Source: an uncultured archaeon (lineage in GTDB: Archaea > Aenigmatarchaeota > Aenigmatarchaeia > PWEA01 > JAGHBM01). Taken from it: DNA of 64,000 bases. Positions 20,028 to 29,165 of the stretch are shown here, piece after piece. Location of the stretch: assembly GCA_964584335.1 (NCBI GenBank), contig CAZOZN010000002.1, positions 98,974 through 162,973 on the forward strand, given 5' to 3'. Made by a program: the position numbers and the translations under genes. Position 1 is the stretch's first letter. Every line of letters begins with the position of its first letter. The notes below the pieces were generated by a model. That model did no database searches, was not told where the DNA came from, and saw only the letters and a program-made list of their open reading frames with translations.

Positions 20028-21095
20028 ATGACTGCGAAGAAAAAAGATACAAAAGTTAATAGCGAATTGGAAAAACTTCTTGAAACAAGGAAAGCTGAGA
20101 TAAGAGTTATAGGAGCAGGCGGTTCTGGTTGTAATACTATATCAAGAATGGGTGAGATAGGTATTGCTGGAGCTGAGATAGTGGCAGTAAATACGGACGC
20201 TCAAGATTTGCTTTATACAAATTGTGATAATAAGATATTGATAGGAAAGGACACTACAAAGGGTCTTGGTGCGGGTGCAGATCCTAAACTTGGTGAAGAA
20301 GCCGCAAAAGAGAGTAAAAAAGACTTGCAAAAAGTCATAGGAAAATCAGATATGATATTTGTTACATGTGGATTGGGTGGCGGAACAGGAACTGGTGCAT
20401 TACCAGTAATTGCAGAAACCGCTAAGAAAGCAAATTCACTTACTGTGGGCGTAGTAACATTACCATTTTCTATGGAAGGTACCCAGAGAGGCTCTAATGC
20501 AAAACTGGGTTTAGAAAAATTAACCGAAATAGTAGATACTTTAATAGTCATACCAAATGACAAGCTCTTGGAAATAGTACCGGATGTATCTCTTTCTACT
20601 GCCTTTAAGGTAGCGGATGAGATTCTGGTCAATGCTGTAAAAGGAATTACAGAACTAGTAACAAAACCCGGACTGGTTAATCTGGATTTTGCTGACATAA
20701 GAGCTGTTATGTCTAACGGTGGTTTGGCCATGATAGGCCTTGCAGAAAGCGATACAGAAAGAAGGGCTGCAGAAGCAGTTGAAAAGGCATTAAACACTCC
20801 TTTGATAGACGTAGACATAGAAGGAGCAAGTGGTGCTTTAATAAATGTATCTGGCGGAGCTGACATGACAATAAAGGAAGCACAAGAGATAGTACAGAGA
20901 GTTAACGAAAGATTGGATCCAGAAGCAAAAGTAATATGGGGGGCTCAAATAGATCCATCTTTAGGAGACACAATAAAAACAATGATAATAGTAACGGGTG
21001 TTAAAAGTCCTCAAATCTATGGTCCAACAAAAACTTACACAGAAGAAAGAATGAAGGAAATAGAGAAGGTTTTAGGTATAGATTTTGTGGATTAA
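20028..21095 (+). CDS. ftsZ: Cell division protein FtsZ
   Basis: GLGGGTGTG tubulin signature; NLDFADIRAVM; ATG after GAGGGG. Confidence 0.98.
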   Translation: MTAKKKDTKVNSELEKLLETRKAEIRVIGAGGSGCNTISRMGEIGIAGAEIVAVNTDAQDLLYTNCDNKILIGKDTTKGLGAGADPKLGEEAAKESKKDLQKVIGKSDMIFVTCGLGGGTGTGALPVIAETAKKANSLTVGVVTLPFSMEGTQRGSNAKLGLEKLTEIVDTLIVIPNDKLLEIVPDVSLSTAFKVADEILVNAVKGITELVTKPGLVNLDFADIRAVMSNGGLAMIGLAESDTERRAAEAVEKALNTPLIDVDIEGASGALINVSGGADMTIKEAQEIVQRVNERLDPEAKVIWGAQIDPSLGDTIKTMIIVTGVKSPQIYGPTKTYTEERMKEIEKVLGIDFVD

Positions 21096-21206
21096 AGGAT
21101 AGTTAGGCTGTTCTTCCCAGTGTGTGGGGGTGCCCCTCGAGGGGCATTATCCAAATAATAACCTTTATATATCTTTCTAAATCTTTATGTGTTGTACGGT
21201 GAAAAA

Positions 21207-21380
21207 ATGAAGATTAAAAAATTCATTAAGAACGCCATAAGGGTATTAAAAGTAACCAGGAAGCCAACAAAGGAGGAATATTTCGGCGCTTCTAAAATAA
21301 CAGGCCTAGGTATAATAATAATAGGCCTGATAGGTTTTGGTATATATCTAATTTTTAATCTACTTGGAATATTCGGATGA
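21207..21380 (+). CDS. secE: Protein translocase SecE/Sec61-gamma
   Basis: RVLKVTRKPTKEEY + TM helix; ftsZ-secE-spt5 synteny. Confidence 0.95.
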   Translation: MKIKKFIKNAIRVLKVTRKPTKEEYFGASKITGLGIIIIGLIGFGIYLIFNLLGIFG

Positions 21381-21841
21381 TATTCATGTTATACACTATA
21401 AGAACAACTATAGGAAGAGAGAATATGGTAATGGAGGAGATAGAAAACTCCGTTAAACTTAAAGGTTTTGAAATAAAAGCGATGATTCATCCTGAAAAAT
21501 TAAAAGGATACGTAATGATAGAAGGTAAAGAAAGCGATATAAGAGAAGTAATACACGATATGAGACATGTTAAAGGTTTGATAGGCAAAAAGGTTGAAAT
21601 AGATAAAATTAAACAATTTCTAGAAACAAAGGACAGGAAAATAGAGATACATAAAGGCGACTTGATAGAAATAACAGGCGGTCCTTTCAAAAGAGAAAGA
21701 GGCAAAGTCACGAGAGTCGGAAAAACTGAGGTTACAGTAGAACTACTAGAGGCAGCCGTATCAATACCAGTAACAGTTAAAAAAGATACAATAAAAATTA
21801 TAGAAAAGACTGAAGAAAGTAGTGGTGTAGAAAATGAGTGA
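21377..21841 (+). CDS. spt5: Transcription elongation factor Spt5 (NusG)
   Basis: RTTIGRE, LKGYVMIE, KOW motif GDLIEITGGPFK. Confidence 0.95.
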   Translation: MIFMLYTIRTTIGRENMVMEEIENSVKLKGFEIKAMIHPEKLKGYVMIEGKESDIREVIHDMRHVKGLIGKKVEIDKIKQFLETKDRKIEIHKGDLIEITGGPFKRERGKVTRVGKTEVTVELLEAAVSIPVTVKKDTIKIIEKTEESSGVENE

Positions 21842-22580
21842 AAAAATAGAAGCATTGGTTGACGGCGGGAAAGCAAGCGCAGGACCTCCTCTAGGACCAG
21901 CATTGGGACCTATGGGAGTTAACATAGGAGAAGTGATAAACCAAATAAACGAGAAAACAAAGGACTTCAAGGGAATGAAAGTTCCAGTTACAGTAATAAT
22001 TGAAGGTAAAGATTTTAAAATAAAAGTAGGAACCCCACCAACTTCTGCATTGATAAAAAAAGAATCAAAGACAGAAAAACTCTCACCACATCCCAAAAAG
22101 GAAAAGGTAGCAGACCTAAAGATTGAGCAAATAATTAAGATAGCAAAAGGTAAAAGAGACAGTATGAACACAAATAATATCAAATCATGTGTAAGACAGG
22201 TTATAGGTAGCTGTGTTTCATGCGGAATATTGGTAGAAGGTAAAGATGCTAAATTAGTATTGAAAGAGATAGAAGAAGGCAAATATCATGATGAAATAAT
22301 AAACGAAAAAACAGAACTTACAGAAAGTGAATTGAAGGAACTTGAAGAAGAGAAGAAAAAACTCGCGGAAGAGAGAAAAGAATATCTAGAGGAAATGAGA
22401 GTAAAAGCAAAAGAAATAAAAGGACAAATGAAAGGAAAAGAAAGAGGAGAAATCGCATCAAAGATGGAACTGGAAGAAATACCTCACGAAATAATAGATG
22501 AAATGCTTCCAAAAGAAGGAGACGAAGGAGAAAAGGAAGTTGATGTAAAAAAATCAGAGAAAAAGAAGGAAGAGAGCTAA
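21834..22580 (+). CDS. rpl11: Ribosomal protein uL11 with long charged C-terminal extension
   Basis: GGKASAGPPLGPALGP, GTPPTSALIK. Confidence 0.96.
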   Translation: MSEKIEALVDGGKASAGPPLGPALGPMGVNIGEVINQINEKTKDFKGMKVPVTVIIEGKDFKIKVGTPPTSALIKKESKTEKLSPHPKKEKVADLKIEQIIKIAKGKRDSMNTNNIKSCVRQVIGSCVSCGILVEGKDAKLVLKEIEEGKYHDEIINEKTELTESELKELEEEKKKLAEERKEYLEEMRVKAKEIKGQMKGKERGEIASKMELEEIPHEIIDEMLPKEGDEGEKEVDVKKSEKKKEES

Positions 22581-22614
22581 ATTACATTTAAATACTTTTA
22601 AATATTAACATATC

Positions 22615-22645
22615 TAAGCCGTTTTACTACTTCGGTAGGAGGTTA
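22615..22645 (+). promoter_or_regulatory. Putative uL1 autoregulatory mRNA site overlapping the rpl1 Shine-Dalgarno
   Basis: AGCC-GTTTTA-CTAC-ttcg-GTAG-GA-GGTT: two helices with asymmetric internal loop and UUCG cap, containing GGAGGT. Confidence 0.6.
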
Positions 22646-22650
22646 TAGGA

Positions 22651-23280
22651 ATGGAAGAAAAAATACTAGAAGCACTTGAAGAATGTAAAAAAAAGAGCAA
22701 AAAAAGGAATTTTCCCCAGACATGGGATCTAATTATAAATTTAAAAGGCATAGATTTCTCAAAACCAGAAAATAGGTTCAGCGGTAATGTTATTTTGCCT
22801 AATGGAAAGGGCAAGAAAACTAAAGTTTGTGTAATAACCGATTCAAAAACAGCCGAAGCCAAGAAATTAGATATACAAACAATAACAAAAAATGAACTAA
22901 ACAAGATATCAAAATCAGAAGGGAAAAAAATAGCAGAGAAATTTGACTACTTTTTGGGAGAAGTTACCTTGATGCCTCAAATAGGTAAAATACTTGGACC
23001 TGTATTAGGGCCTAGAGGTAAAATGCCCAAACCGTTTCCTCCCACAGCAAATTTAGAGGAATTAATAAAATCAGGTGAAAAGACCTTCAGTCTCAACGTA
23101 AAGAACCCTGTAATACAAGGAGCTGTAGGTAATGAAGATATGGACAACGAGAAAGTTCTAGAAAATATAAAATCAATAAAATCCTTTGTAGAAAAAAACC
23201 TACCAAAAGGTTCTCAACAGATAGATAGCATAGTAGTGAAACTTACAATGGGTAAAGCAATAAAGGTGAGAGTACAATGA
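22651..23280 (+). CDS. rpl1: Ribosomal protein uL1
   Basis: KKRNFPQT, LGPVLGPRGKMP, KLTMG. Confidence 0.97.
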   Translation: MEEKILEALEECKKKSKKRNFPQTWDLIINLKGIDFSKPENRFSGNVILPNGKGKKTKVCVITDSKTAEAKKLDIQTITKNELNKISKSEGKKIAEKFDYFLGEVTLMPQIGKILGPVLGPRGKMPKPFPPTANLEELIKSGEKTFSLNVKNPVIQGAVGNEDMDNEKVLENIKSIKSFVEKNLPKGSQQIDSIVVKLTMGKAIKVRVQ

Positions 23281-24113
23281 TAAAATCCTGGAAAAAAGAA
23301 AATGTTGAAAATCTCAAAGGCCTTATTGAAGAATATCCAGTAATAGGAATACTAAACATGTATAAAATGCCAGCACCGCAGCTACAAATAATGAGAAAAG
23401 AACTAAAAAAAGATGCAAAAATAAAAATGTCCAAAAAAAGCCTAATGAAATTAGCAATTGAAAATTCCAATAAAAAAAACATAAAGGAACTAGAAAAATA
23501 CCTAAAAGGACAACCCAGCTTTATATTTACAAAAATGAATCCATTCGAACTCTACAAATACTTAAAAAACAACAAAACTCCAGCACCAGCAAAAGCAGGT
23601 GATGTAGCACCAAAAGACATAATAGTAAAGAAAGGAAACACAGATTTGCCTGCAGGACCTGCTATAGGAAACCTTTCAGATGCAGGTATTGTATCAAAGG
23701 TTCAAGATGGCAAAATACATGTAATAAAAGATACCACCGTTGCAAAGGAAGGTGAAGAAATAAAACCACCCGTCGCAAATGTACTTAATATGCTGGGCAT
23801 AGAACCTATGGAAATAGGCCTAGATTTGATTGTAGCTTACGAAAATAATATATTGTTTGATAAAAGAGTTCTGGATATAGACGAAGAAGAATTCAAGGGA
23901 AAATTAACAAATTGTATATTTTCCGCTATAAATCTTTCAATTAATTCATCATACTTAACAGATATAACAGCTCCTATGGCTATACAAAAAGCATTTATTG
24001 AAGCAAAAACACTTGCCCTAGAAGCCGGGATATATACAAAAGATGTAATCGAGGAACTTTTGGCCAAAGCAAATAGAGAAGCAATGGCGTTAAAAGAAAA
24101 CAGCAAAAAATGA
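23277..24113 (+). CDS. rpl10: Ribosomal protein uL10 (P0), lacking acidic tail
   Basis: PAPQLQ, NPFEL, PAPAKAG, LGIEPMEIGL; synteny. Confidence 0.95.
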   Translation: MIKSWKKENVENLKGLIEEYPVIGILNMYKMPAPQLQIMRKELKKDAKIKMSKKSLMKLAIENSNKKNIKELEKYLKGQPSFIFTKMNPFELYKYLKNNKTPAPAKAGDVAPKDIIVKKGNTDLPAGPAIGNLSDAGIVSKVQDGKIHVIKDTTVAKEGEEIKPPVANVLNMLGIEPMEIGLDLIVAYENNILFDKRVLDIDEEEFKGKLTNCIFSAINLSINSSYLTDITAPMAIQKAFIEAKTLALEAGIYTKDVIEELLAKANREAMALKENSKK

Positions 24114-24131
24114 TTATAAGGAGGTGTAGAA

Positions 24132-24440
24132 ATGGAATACATATATGGAGCACTGTTGCTTCATTCTGCTGGAAAAGAAATAAACGAAGCGAATGTAAAA
24201 AAAGTCATCGACTCCACTGGAGAAAAATCAGATGACGCACAAGTAAAAGCTTTGGTTGCTGCATTGAAAGATGTAGATATAGAAGAAGCTATAAAAAACG
24301 CAGCAATACCCGCAGCAGCACCTGCATCTGCGCCACAAGAGGCAGCAGAATCGGGAGAAAAGGAAGAGGAAGAAGCAGCAGAATCAAAAGAAGAGAAGGA
24401 AGAAGAAGCAGCAGAAGGATTGGCCGGACTATTCGGTTAG
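24132..24440 (+). CDS. rpl12: Ribosomal stalk protein P1/aL12
   Basis: [11 protein letters not shown] ... Ala/Glu-rich hinge ... GLAGLFG. Confidence 0.97.
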   Translation: MEYIYGALLLHSAGKEINEANVKKVIDSTGEKSDDAQVKALVAALKDVDIEEAIKNAAIPAAAPASAPQEAAESGEKEEEEAAESKEEKEEEAAEGLAGLFG

Positions 24441-24500
24441 GTTAATCCAAGCTGTCTTCTCTTATTTTATATATTTATTAGTTTATTCTAAATTTTGATT

Positions 24501-27200
24501 ATGGATAAAAAAGATTTGATTAAGATACTACAGAAAAAACCAAATAAGTACTGGTACCTAGATTTTTTTAAAGAAACAGGATTTAAAAGGAAAAAATGCA
24601 GAAACTGTGGTAAGTTTTTTTGGACTCAGACAGAACAGGAATTATGTAATGATTCTTCATGCAGGCCTTATGAATTCATTGGAAATCCTCTTACAAAAAA
24701 CGAGCACGACTTCTTTTCTATGTGGAAAAAAATAAAAAATTTTTTTGAAGAGCAAAATCATAAAATACATCCAAGATACCCTGTATTGAGTAGATGGTTT
24801 TCCGATTTGAATTTTACGATAGCAGGGGTGGTCGATTTTTATAGAAAAGATGGTAGCGACTTTGTATTTGAGCTTCCCGCAAACCCAGTAGTGATTCTTC
24901 AGCCTTCTTTAAGGTTCAACGACATTCCTCAGGTAGGGGTTAGCGGGAGACATTGGACCTGCCACACTCACCTGGAACAAGCATCGCTTGCTGATGAAAA
25001 GAACGGTTATTGGAAAGAAAAGTGTATTGAACTCGACTACAGAATGTTAACTGAAGTTATGGGAATAAAAAAAGATAAAATAAATTTTATTGAAGACGCC
25101 TGGCTTGGTCCGGGAGCATTCGGATATTCGCTTGAATATCATGTGGGTGGTTTAGAACTGGGAAATGCTGTTTTCACAGAATTCAAGGGTAATCCCCAAA
25201 ATTACAAGGTAATGGATAACAGACTAATAGACATGGGTGCTGGTTTTGACAGGTTTGTCTGGATATCCCAAGGTACCCCGACCAATTACGATGCAGTTCT
25301 TGGAAAAGTTTTAGACAAGATGAAAAAGAAATCAGGTGTTTATTATGATAAAAAACTATTCGAAAAGTACTCTAAATTGGCCGGCGTTCTTAATTTGGAC
25401 GAAAATTTAGATATAGAAAAAGAAAAAACAAAAATAGCTAACTCCCTTGGTGTAGAAAAAAATTACATGATAGAAAAAATAGAGCCTATACAAGCTTTAT
25501 ATGCCGTTGCAGACCATGCAAAGGCCCTTCTTTATGCAATATCTGACGGGGGAATTCCAAGTAATATAGGAGGAGGTTATAATTTAAGAGTTATACTGAG
25601 AAGAGCACTGAGTTTCATAGAAAACTACAATCTTTCTATTGATATTGAATGGGTAGCTAAAGAGATAGCAAATTATTTCAAACCTGTTCATCCAGAGTTA
25701 AAAGAAAAATTAGAACATTTCAACAATGTAATGGAAGTTGAAAAAAGAAAATACAGGGAAAGCTCAAAAAATACAAAAAAAATATTGAATAAAATGATTG
25801 TAAGAAAAGAAAAAATAACAGAAGAAAAAATGATTGAACTTTACGATTCAAGAGGTATAACACCAGAAAATCTCAAAGAGGCTGCAAGAAAACAAAACGT
25901 AAAAATAGATGTTCCTTCAAACATATATCAAAAAGTTACTGAAAAGCATGAAAAAGAGAAAAAAACAGAAAAGAAATACCCAATAGATGAAAAAGAAGTC
26001 GAAAAAATCGGAGAAACTCCTGTTCTATTTTACGAAGATGTATACGAATTTGAGGCAAAAGTGTTGAAAGTTATAGATGATTTTGTGGTTTTGGATAAGA
26101 CAGGGTTTTATCCGAGGTCAGGAGGCCAAGAAACAGACATAGGCTTTATAGAAGATAAAGAAGTTCATAATGTCGAAAAAGTAAACAAGACCATAATACA
26201 TCAAGTTAAAAATCCGGACTTCAAAGCCGGTCAGACTGTAAGATGTAAAATAGACAAAAAAAGAAGAAGACAATTAATGCAACATCATACAACAACACAC
26301 ATAATAAACACTGCAGCAACCATTGTTCTTGGAAAGCACGTATGGCAGGGTGGTTCAAAGAAAGATGTAAACAAAGCACACCTAGACATAAGCCACTACA
26401 AAAACTTATCCGAAAGGGAGCTCTTAGAAATAGAAAAAAAAGCAAACGAATTAGTGAAAAAAAATTATAAAATAAAAAAAGAAGTTCTAGAAAGACCGGA
26501 AGCGGAAAAGAAATACGGTTTTAGAATATATCAGGGAGCAGCAGTCCCATCCAAAACACTCAGAATAATATCAATAGATGACCTAGAACATGAAGCATGC
26601 GGAGGTACTCATCTAAACACCACAAAAGAAGCAGGTAAAATATTGATATTAAAAACAGAAAAACCCCATGACGGAATAGTAAGAATAACTTATGTTTCAG
26701 GAGAAAGTGCGGAAAGATACCTAAAAAAATGCGAAAAAATAATTAAAAAGTTAGAAAAAATCCTAGAAACAAAAGAGGATAATATAGTAAAAGAATCTAA
26801 AAAACTTATATCCAAATGGAAAGAAAACAGAAAAAAAATTGATAAATTAAGAGAAGAAGTGGCCAAGAAAAAAACAGAAAAAATGAATTTTGAAAAAATA
26901 AAAAATTATAATTTACTGATAAAAGAATTCAAGAATACGGACAGAAAAGAACTGCAAAAAATATCCATGGAAATAACAGATAAAGACACAATAATATTTT
27001 TGTTTGGATTAAACAAAAAAATAGACATTTTTGCATCCGCCGGTAAAGATGTAAAAGAAAATATAGGAAAAATTGTAAAAGAGGTTTCACAAATTCTCGG
27101 TGGCAGGGGAGGAGGTTCTCCCAAACTTGGACAGGGTTTCGGAACAAATAAAAATAAAATGAAAGAAGCTAAGAAAAAAATAAGAGAAATGATAAAATGA
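24501..27200 (+). CDS. alaS: Alanyl-tRNA synthetase (archaeal type)
   Basis: GLELGNAVF, IDMGAG, GGGYNLR, editing HTTTH/CGGTH, C-Ala GGRGGG. Confidence 0.97.
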   Translation: MDKKDLIKILQKKPNKYWYLDFFKETGFKRKKCRNCGKFFWTQTEQELCNDSSCRPYEFIGNPLTKNEHDFFSMWKKIKNFFEEQNHKIHPRYPVLSRWFSDLNFTIAGVVDFYRKDGSDFVFELPANPVVILQPSLRFNDIPQVGVSGRHWTCHTHLEQASLADEKNGYWKEKCIELDYRMLTEVMGIKKDKINFIEDAWLGPGAFGYSLEYHVGGLELGNAVFTEFKGNPQNYKVMDNRLIDMGAGFDRFVWISQGTPTNYDAVLGKVLDKMKKKSGVYYDKKLFEKYSKLAGVLNLDENLDIEKEKTKIANSLGVEKNYMIEKIEPIQALYAVADHAKALLYAISDGGIPSNIGGGYNLRVILRRALSFIENYNLSIDIEWVAKEIANYFKPVHPELKEKLEHFNNVMEVEKRKYRESSKNTKKILNKMIVRKEKITEEKMIELYDSRGITPENLKEAARKQNVKIDVPSNIYQKVTEKHEKEKKTEKKYPIDEKEVEKIGETPVLFYEDVYEFEAKVLKVIDDFVVLDKTGFYPRSGGQETDIGFIEDKEVHNVEKVNKTIIHQVKNPDFKAGQTVRCKIDKKRRRQLMQHHTTTHIINTAATIVLGKHVWQGGSKKDVNKAHLDISHYKNLSERELLEIEKKANELVKKNYKIKKEVLERPEAEKKYGFRIYQGAAVPSKTLRIISIDDLEHEACGGTHLNTTKEAGKILILKTEKPHDGIVRITYVSGESAERYLKKCEKIIKKLEKILETKEDNIVKESKKLISKWKENRKKIDKLREEVAKKKTEKMNFEKIKNYNLLIKEFKNTDRKELQKISMEITDKDTIIFLFGLNKKIDIFASAGKDVKENIGKIVKEVSQILGGRGGGSPKLGQGFGTNKNKMKEAKKKIREMIK

Positions 27201-27340
27201 AAGATAAAAAGATAAAAAAATTATCAGATATTCTAAACACTGATATAGATAATATAATTCCTAACATAAAAAAAATTAAAGAAGAAACTAAAAAACAAGA
27301 AAATAAAATAAAAGAAATTGAAAAAGAACTATCAGATTAA
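27197..27340 (+). CDS. 47-aa protein resembling the AlaRS helical dimerization segment (not in ORF track)
   Basis: ATGA overlap with alaS stop; MKDKKIKKLSDILNTDIDNIIPNIKKIKEETKKQENKIKEIEKELSD. Confidence 0.65.
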   Translation: MKDKKIKKLSDILNTDIDNIIPNIKKIKEETKKQENKIKEIEKELSD

Positions 27341-27516
27341 TCGTCCAATATCATATAACTAGAATTTCTTTGTCTTTTCTTTTCCTTTATCTTGCTATGA
27401 CATTTCTTGCATCTCATTACTGGCTTCAGATGTTCTTCACGGGGGTGTGTCACAAATCCAATGTTCTTAGAATTTAGAGATGTACCGCACATGTCGCATT
27501 TGAGTTTTATACCCAT
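27337..27516 (-). CDS. 59-aa zinc-finger protein (not in ORF track)
   Basis: MGIKLKCDMCG...RCKKCH...; GGTGTGG SD upstream. Confidence 0.7.
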   Translation of the reverse strand: MGIKLKCDMCGTSLNSKNIGFVTHPREEHLKPVMRCKKCHSKIKEKKRQRNSSYMILDD

Positions 27517-27568
27517 TAAACCACACCAAAATATATCTATTTTAATACTTATAAATAAAAGCCTTTGG

Positions 27569-27931
27569 TTATTTTACTCTTATTTCCTTCCATTCAACCT
27601 TTTTGTTTTCAACAAGCTCTTTTATTTTTCTCTGAGAGGTATTTAATTTCGATTTACCTGTCTTAAACTCCAAAAAAACTACCTTGTCTTCATCAAAAAG
27701 TATACCATCTATAGGATTTCCTATAAACCTGAATTTACTTGGGTCGTAAGGAAATATTTTATTAATCCAAGGTATGTAATGTTCTAAAAATTTTCCGTGT
27801 CTTACAGAAATACTTTTTTTTCTTTTTTTCTCTATTAAATAAAGTTTTCTGTATTTCCTCGCAACAAAAAACAATATCCCAAATAAAAATAATAAAAACA
27901 ACCAATAAACTAAATCCATAATCAAACACAA
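27569..27931 (-). CDS. Membrane-anchored Holliday-junction-resolvase-like PD-(D/E)xK nuclease
   Basis: N-terminal TM; FRFIGNPIDG...FLEFKTG...Q motif. Confidence 0.85.
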   Translation of the reverse strand: MCLIMDLVYWLFLLFLFGILFFVARKYRKLYLIEKKRKKSISVRHGKFLEHYIPWINKIFPYDPSKFRFIGNPIDGILFDEDKVVFLEFKTGKSKLNTSQRKIKELVENKKVEWKEIRVK

Positions 27932-28404
27932 ACACTTGGTTTTTCTTTAAAAGTTTCACATACCTTTACCTTAATTTCTTCATAATCATTATATCCTTCA
28001 ATTCTTAACGGAGCTTCCTTGTTTTTATTTCCTCTAACTAAAATAGTTGGTACATTTCTTACATTATACTCAGCAGAAAATGAGCCGTATCTATTTACAT
28101 CTATTTCCTCAACAAGAAGTTTATCACCCATCTCATCGTTTATTTTTTCTATTTCTCTAATCATGTTCAAAGAATCTGAATCTTCCTCTACATAAAAAAG
28201 GGTTAGTATGGTAACGTCTTCGTCAATAAAAACAAATCTCTGGTTATCCGATATTGGTTGAGTTAGTACATTTGAATCTTCTGCTGTATTCTGAGTTGGT
28301 GTGTCCAAAGTAAATGCGATTGAAACACCTGACATTATAAAAATAAAAGCTATAAAAATTGTACCCGCCTGCTTTCTGTCTATATTCATGAAATCACTCA
28401 ACAA
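27922..28404 (-). CDS. Membrane-anchored thioredoxin-fold protein without CxxC
   Basis: N-terminal TM; EIDV...YNVRNVPTILV cis-Pro motif. Confidence 0.6.
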   Translation of the reverse strand: MLSDFMNIDRKQAGTIFIAFIFIMSGVSIAFTLDTPTQNTAEDSNVLTQPISDNQRFVFIDEDVTILTLFYVEEDSDSLNMIREIEKINDEMGDKLLVEEIDVNRYGSFSAEYNVRNVPTILVRGNKNKEAPLRIEGYNDYEEIKVKVCETFKEKPSVCV

Positions 28405-28730
28405 GTCAGATGAAATATACCAAAAACCTTATTTTTGGCCTTCAGTTTATTAAATTCATCTATCATATTTTTCGTCTTTCCATCTATTAACTTTATGTTA
28501 TTTTTTGTAAGTATGCCTCTTATTTCATCTGGAATCTTAACCATGTTGTTAGTACCCCTGCCTATTATCAAAAAGTCGGGGTCGTTTATCAAAACTTTGT
28601 CCAATACATCATTTCCAATAAAATGACTTCCTTCCTTTTTTTCTACAGAATCGTTTGTAACAAAAACATCCTCGTTATACTCTTCGCCTTCTATTGTTAT
28701 AGAACCAAAAGAAAATTTATTTATCCTCAA
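28398..28730 (-). CDS. Mth938-like (DUF498) protein
   Basis: FGSITIEG, IIGRG, C-terminal FHLTC. Confidence 0.9.
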   Translation of the reverse strand: MRINKFSFGSITIEGEEYNEDVFVTNDSVEKKEGSHFIGNDVLDKVLINDPDFLIIGRGTNNMVKIPDEIRGILTKNNIKLIDGKTKNMIDEFNKLKAKNKVFGIFHLTC

Positions 28731-28748
28731 AAAATCACCTTTTTGTTT

Positions 28749-28889
28749 TGGTAGCCCCGCCAGGATTCGAACCTGGGTCCGGAGGTCCAGGGCCTCCTAT
28801 CCTTGGCCATTATCCAAGTCAAAGAGCTTTCTCTTTCCCTAAAGGGTTTCTCTTTTGTAAAAGAGAAAAACTTTCTAGACTACGGGGCT
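28749..28889 (-). tRNA. tRNA-Gln(CTG) with 63-nt D-loop intron (~16/17; 28811-28873)
   Basis: Acceptor AGCCCCG/CGGGGCT + ACCA; GGAGG/CCTCC anticodon stem; GGTTCGAATCC; TCTA/TGGA BHB helix. Confidence 0.87.
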
Positions 28890-29039
28890 ATATTCTTTCC
28901 TTAGGGTAATTTGGTAATATACTTATAAATATGTTAATTTTTATACATAAGCTTCTAAAGCCTTGAAACTCACTAATTCGGCACTTTCGTCCTTCACGCA
29001 CGTGAGGTCATCTGGTGAACTCTCACATTTTTGGGTGTT

Positions 29040-29165
29040 TTATAAATATATACTATAAAATATACTTTATAAAAGTTATTTAATAAAATATATATTAAAT
29101 TAGATATAATATTAAATATATAATAAAATAAATATATTAGTAAATATATTATTAAATATATATTA
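29040..29165. other. Extremely AT-rich tract
   Basis: Only a handful of G/C in ~125 nt. Confidence 0.8.

Noticed and set aside
20213-20866. Long antisense ORFs (also 6393-6917, 18188-18829, 32745-33365, 49180-49860, 59846-60628 and others)
   Set aside because: Shadows of well-supported genes on the opposite strand, with Phe/Ser/Leu-biased composition and no motifs
28960-29035. Hammerhead ribozyme on the minus strand (CAGATGA...GGACGAAA)
   Set aside because: Core is CAGAUGA rather than CUGAUGA, and no stem I/III with a UH cleavage site could be built; the open frame there also has no start codon
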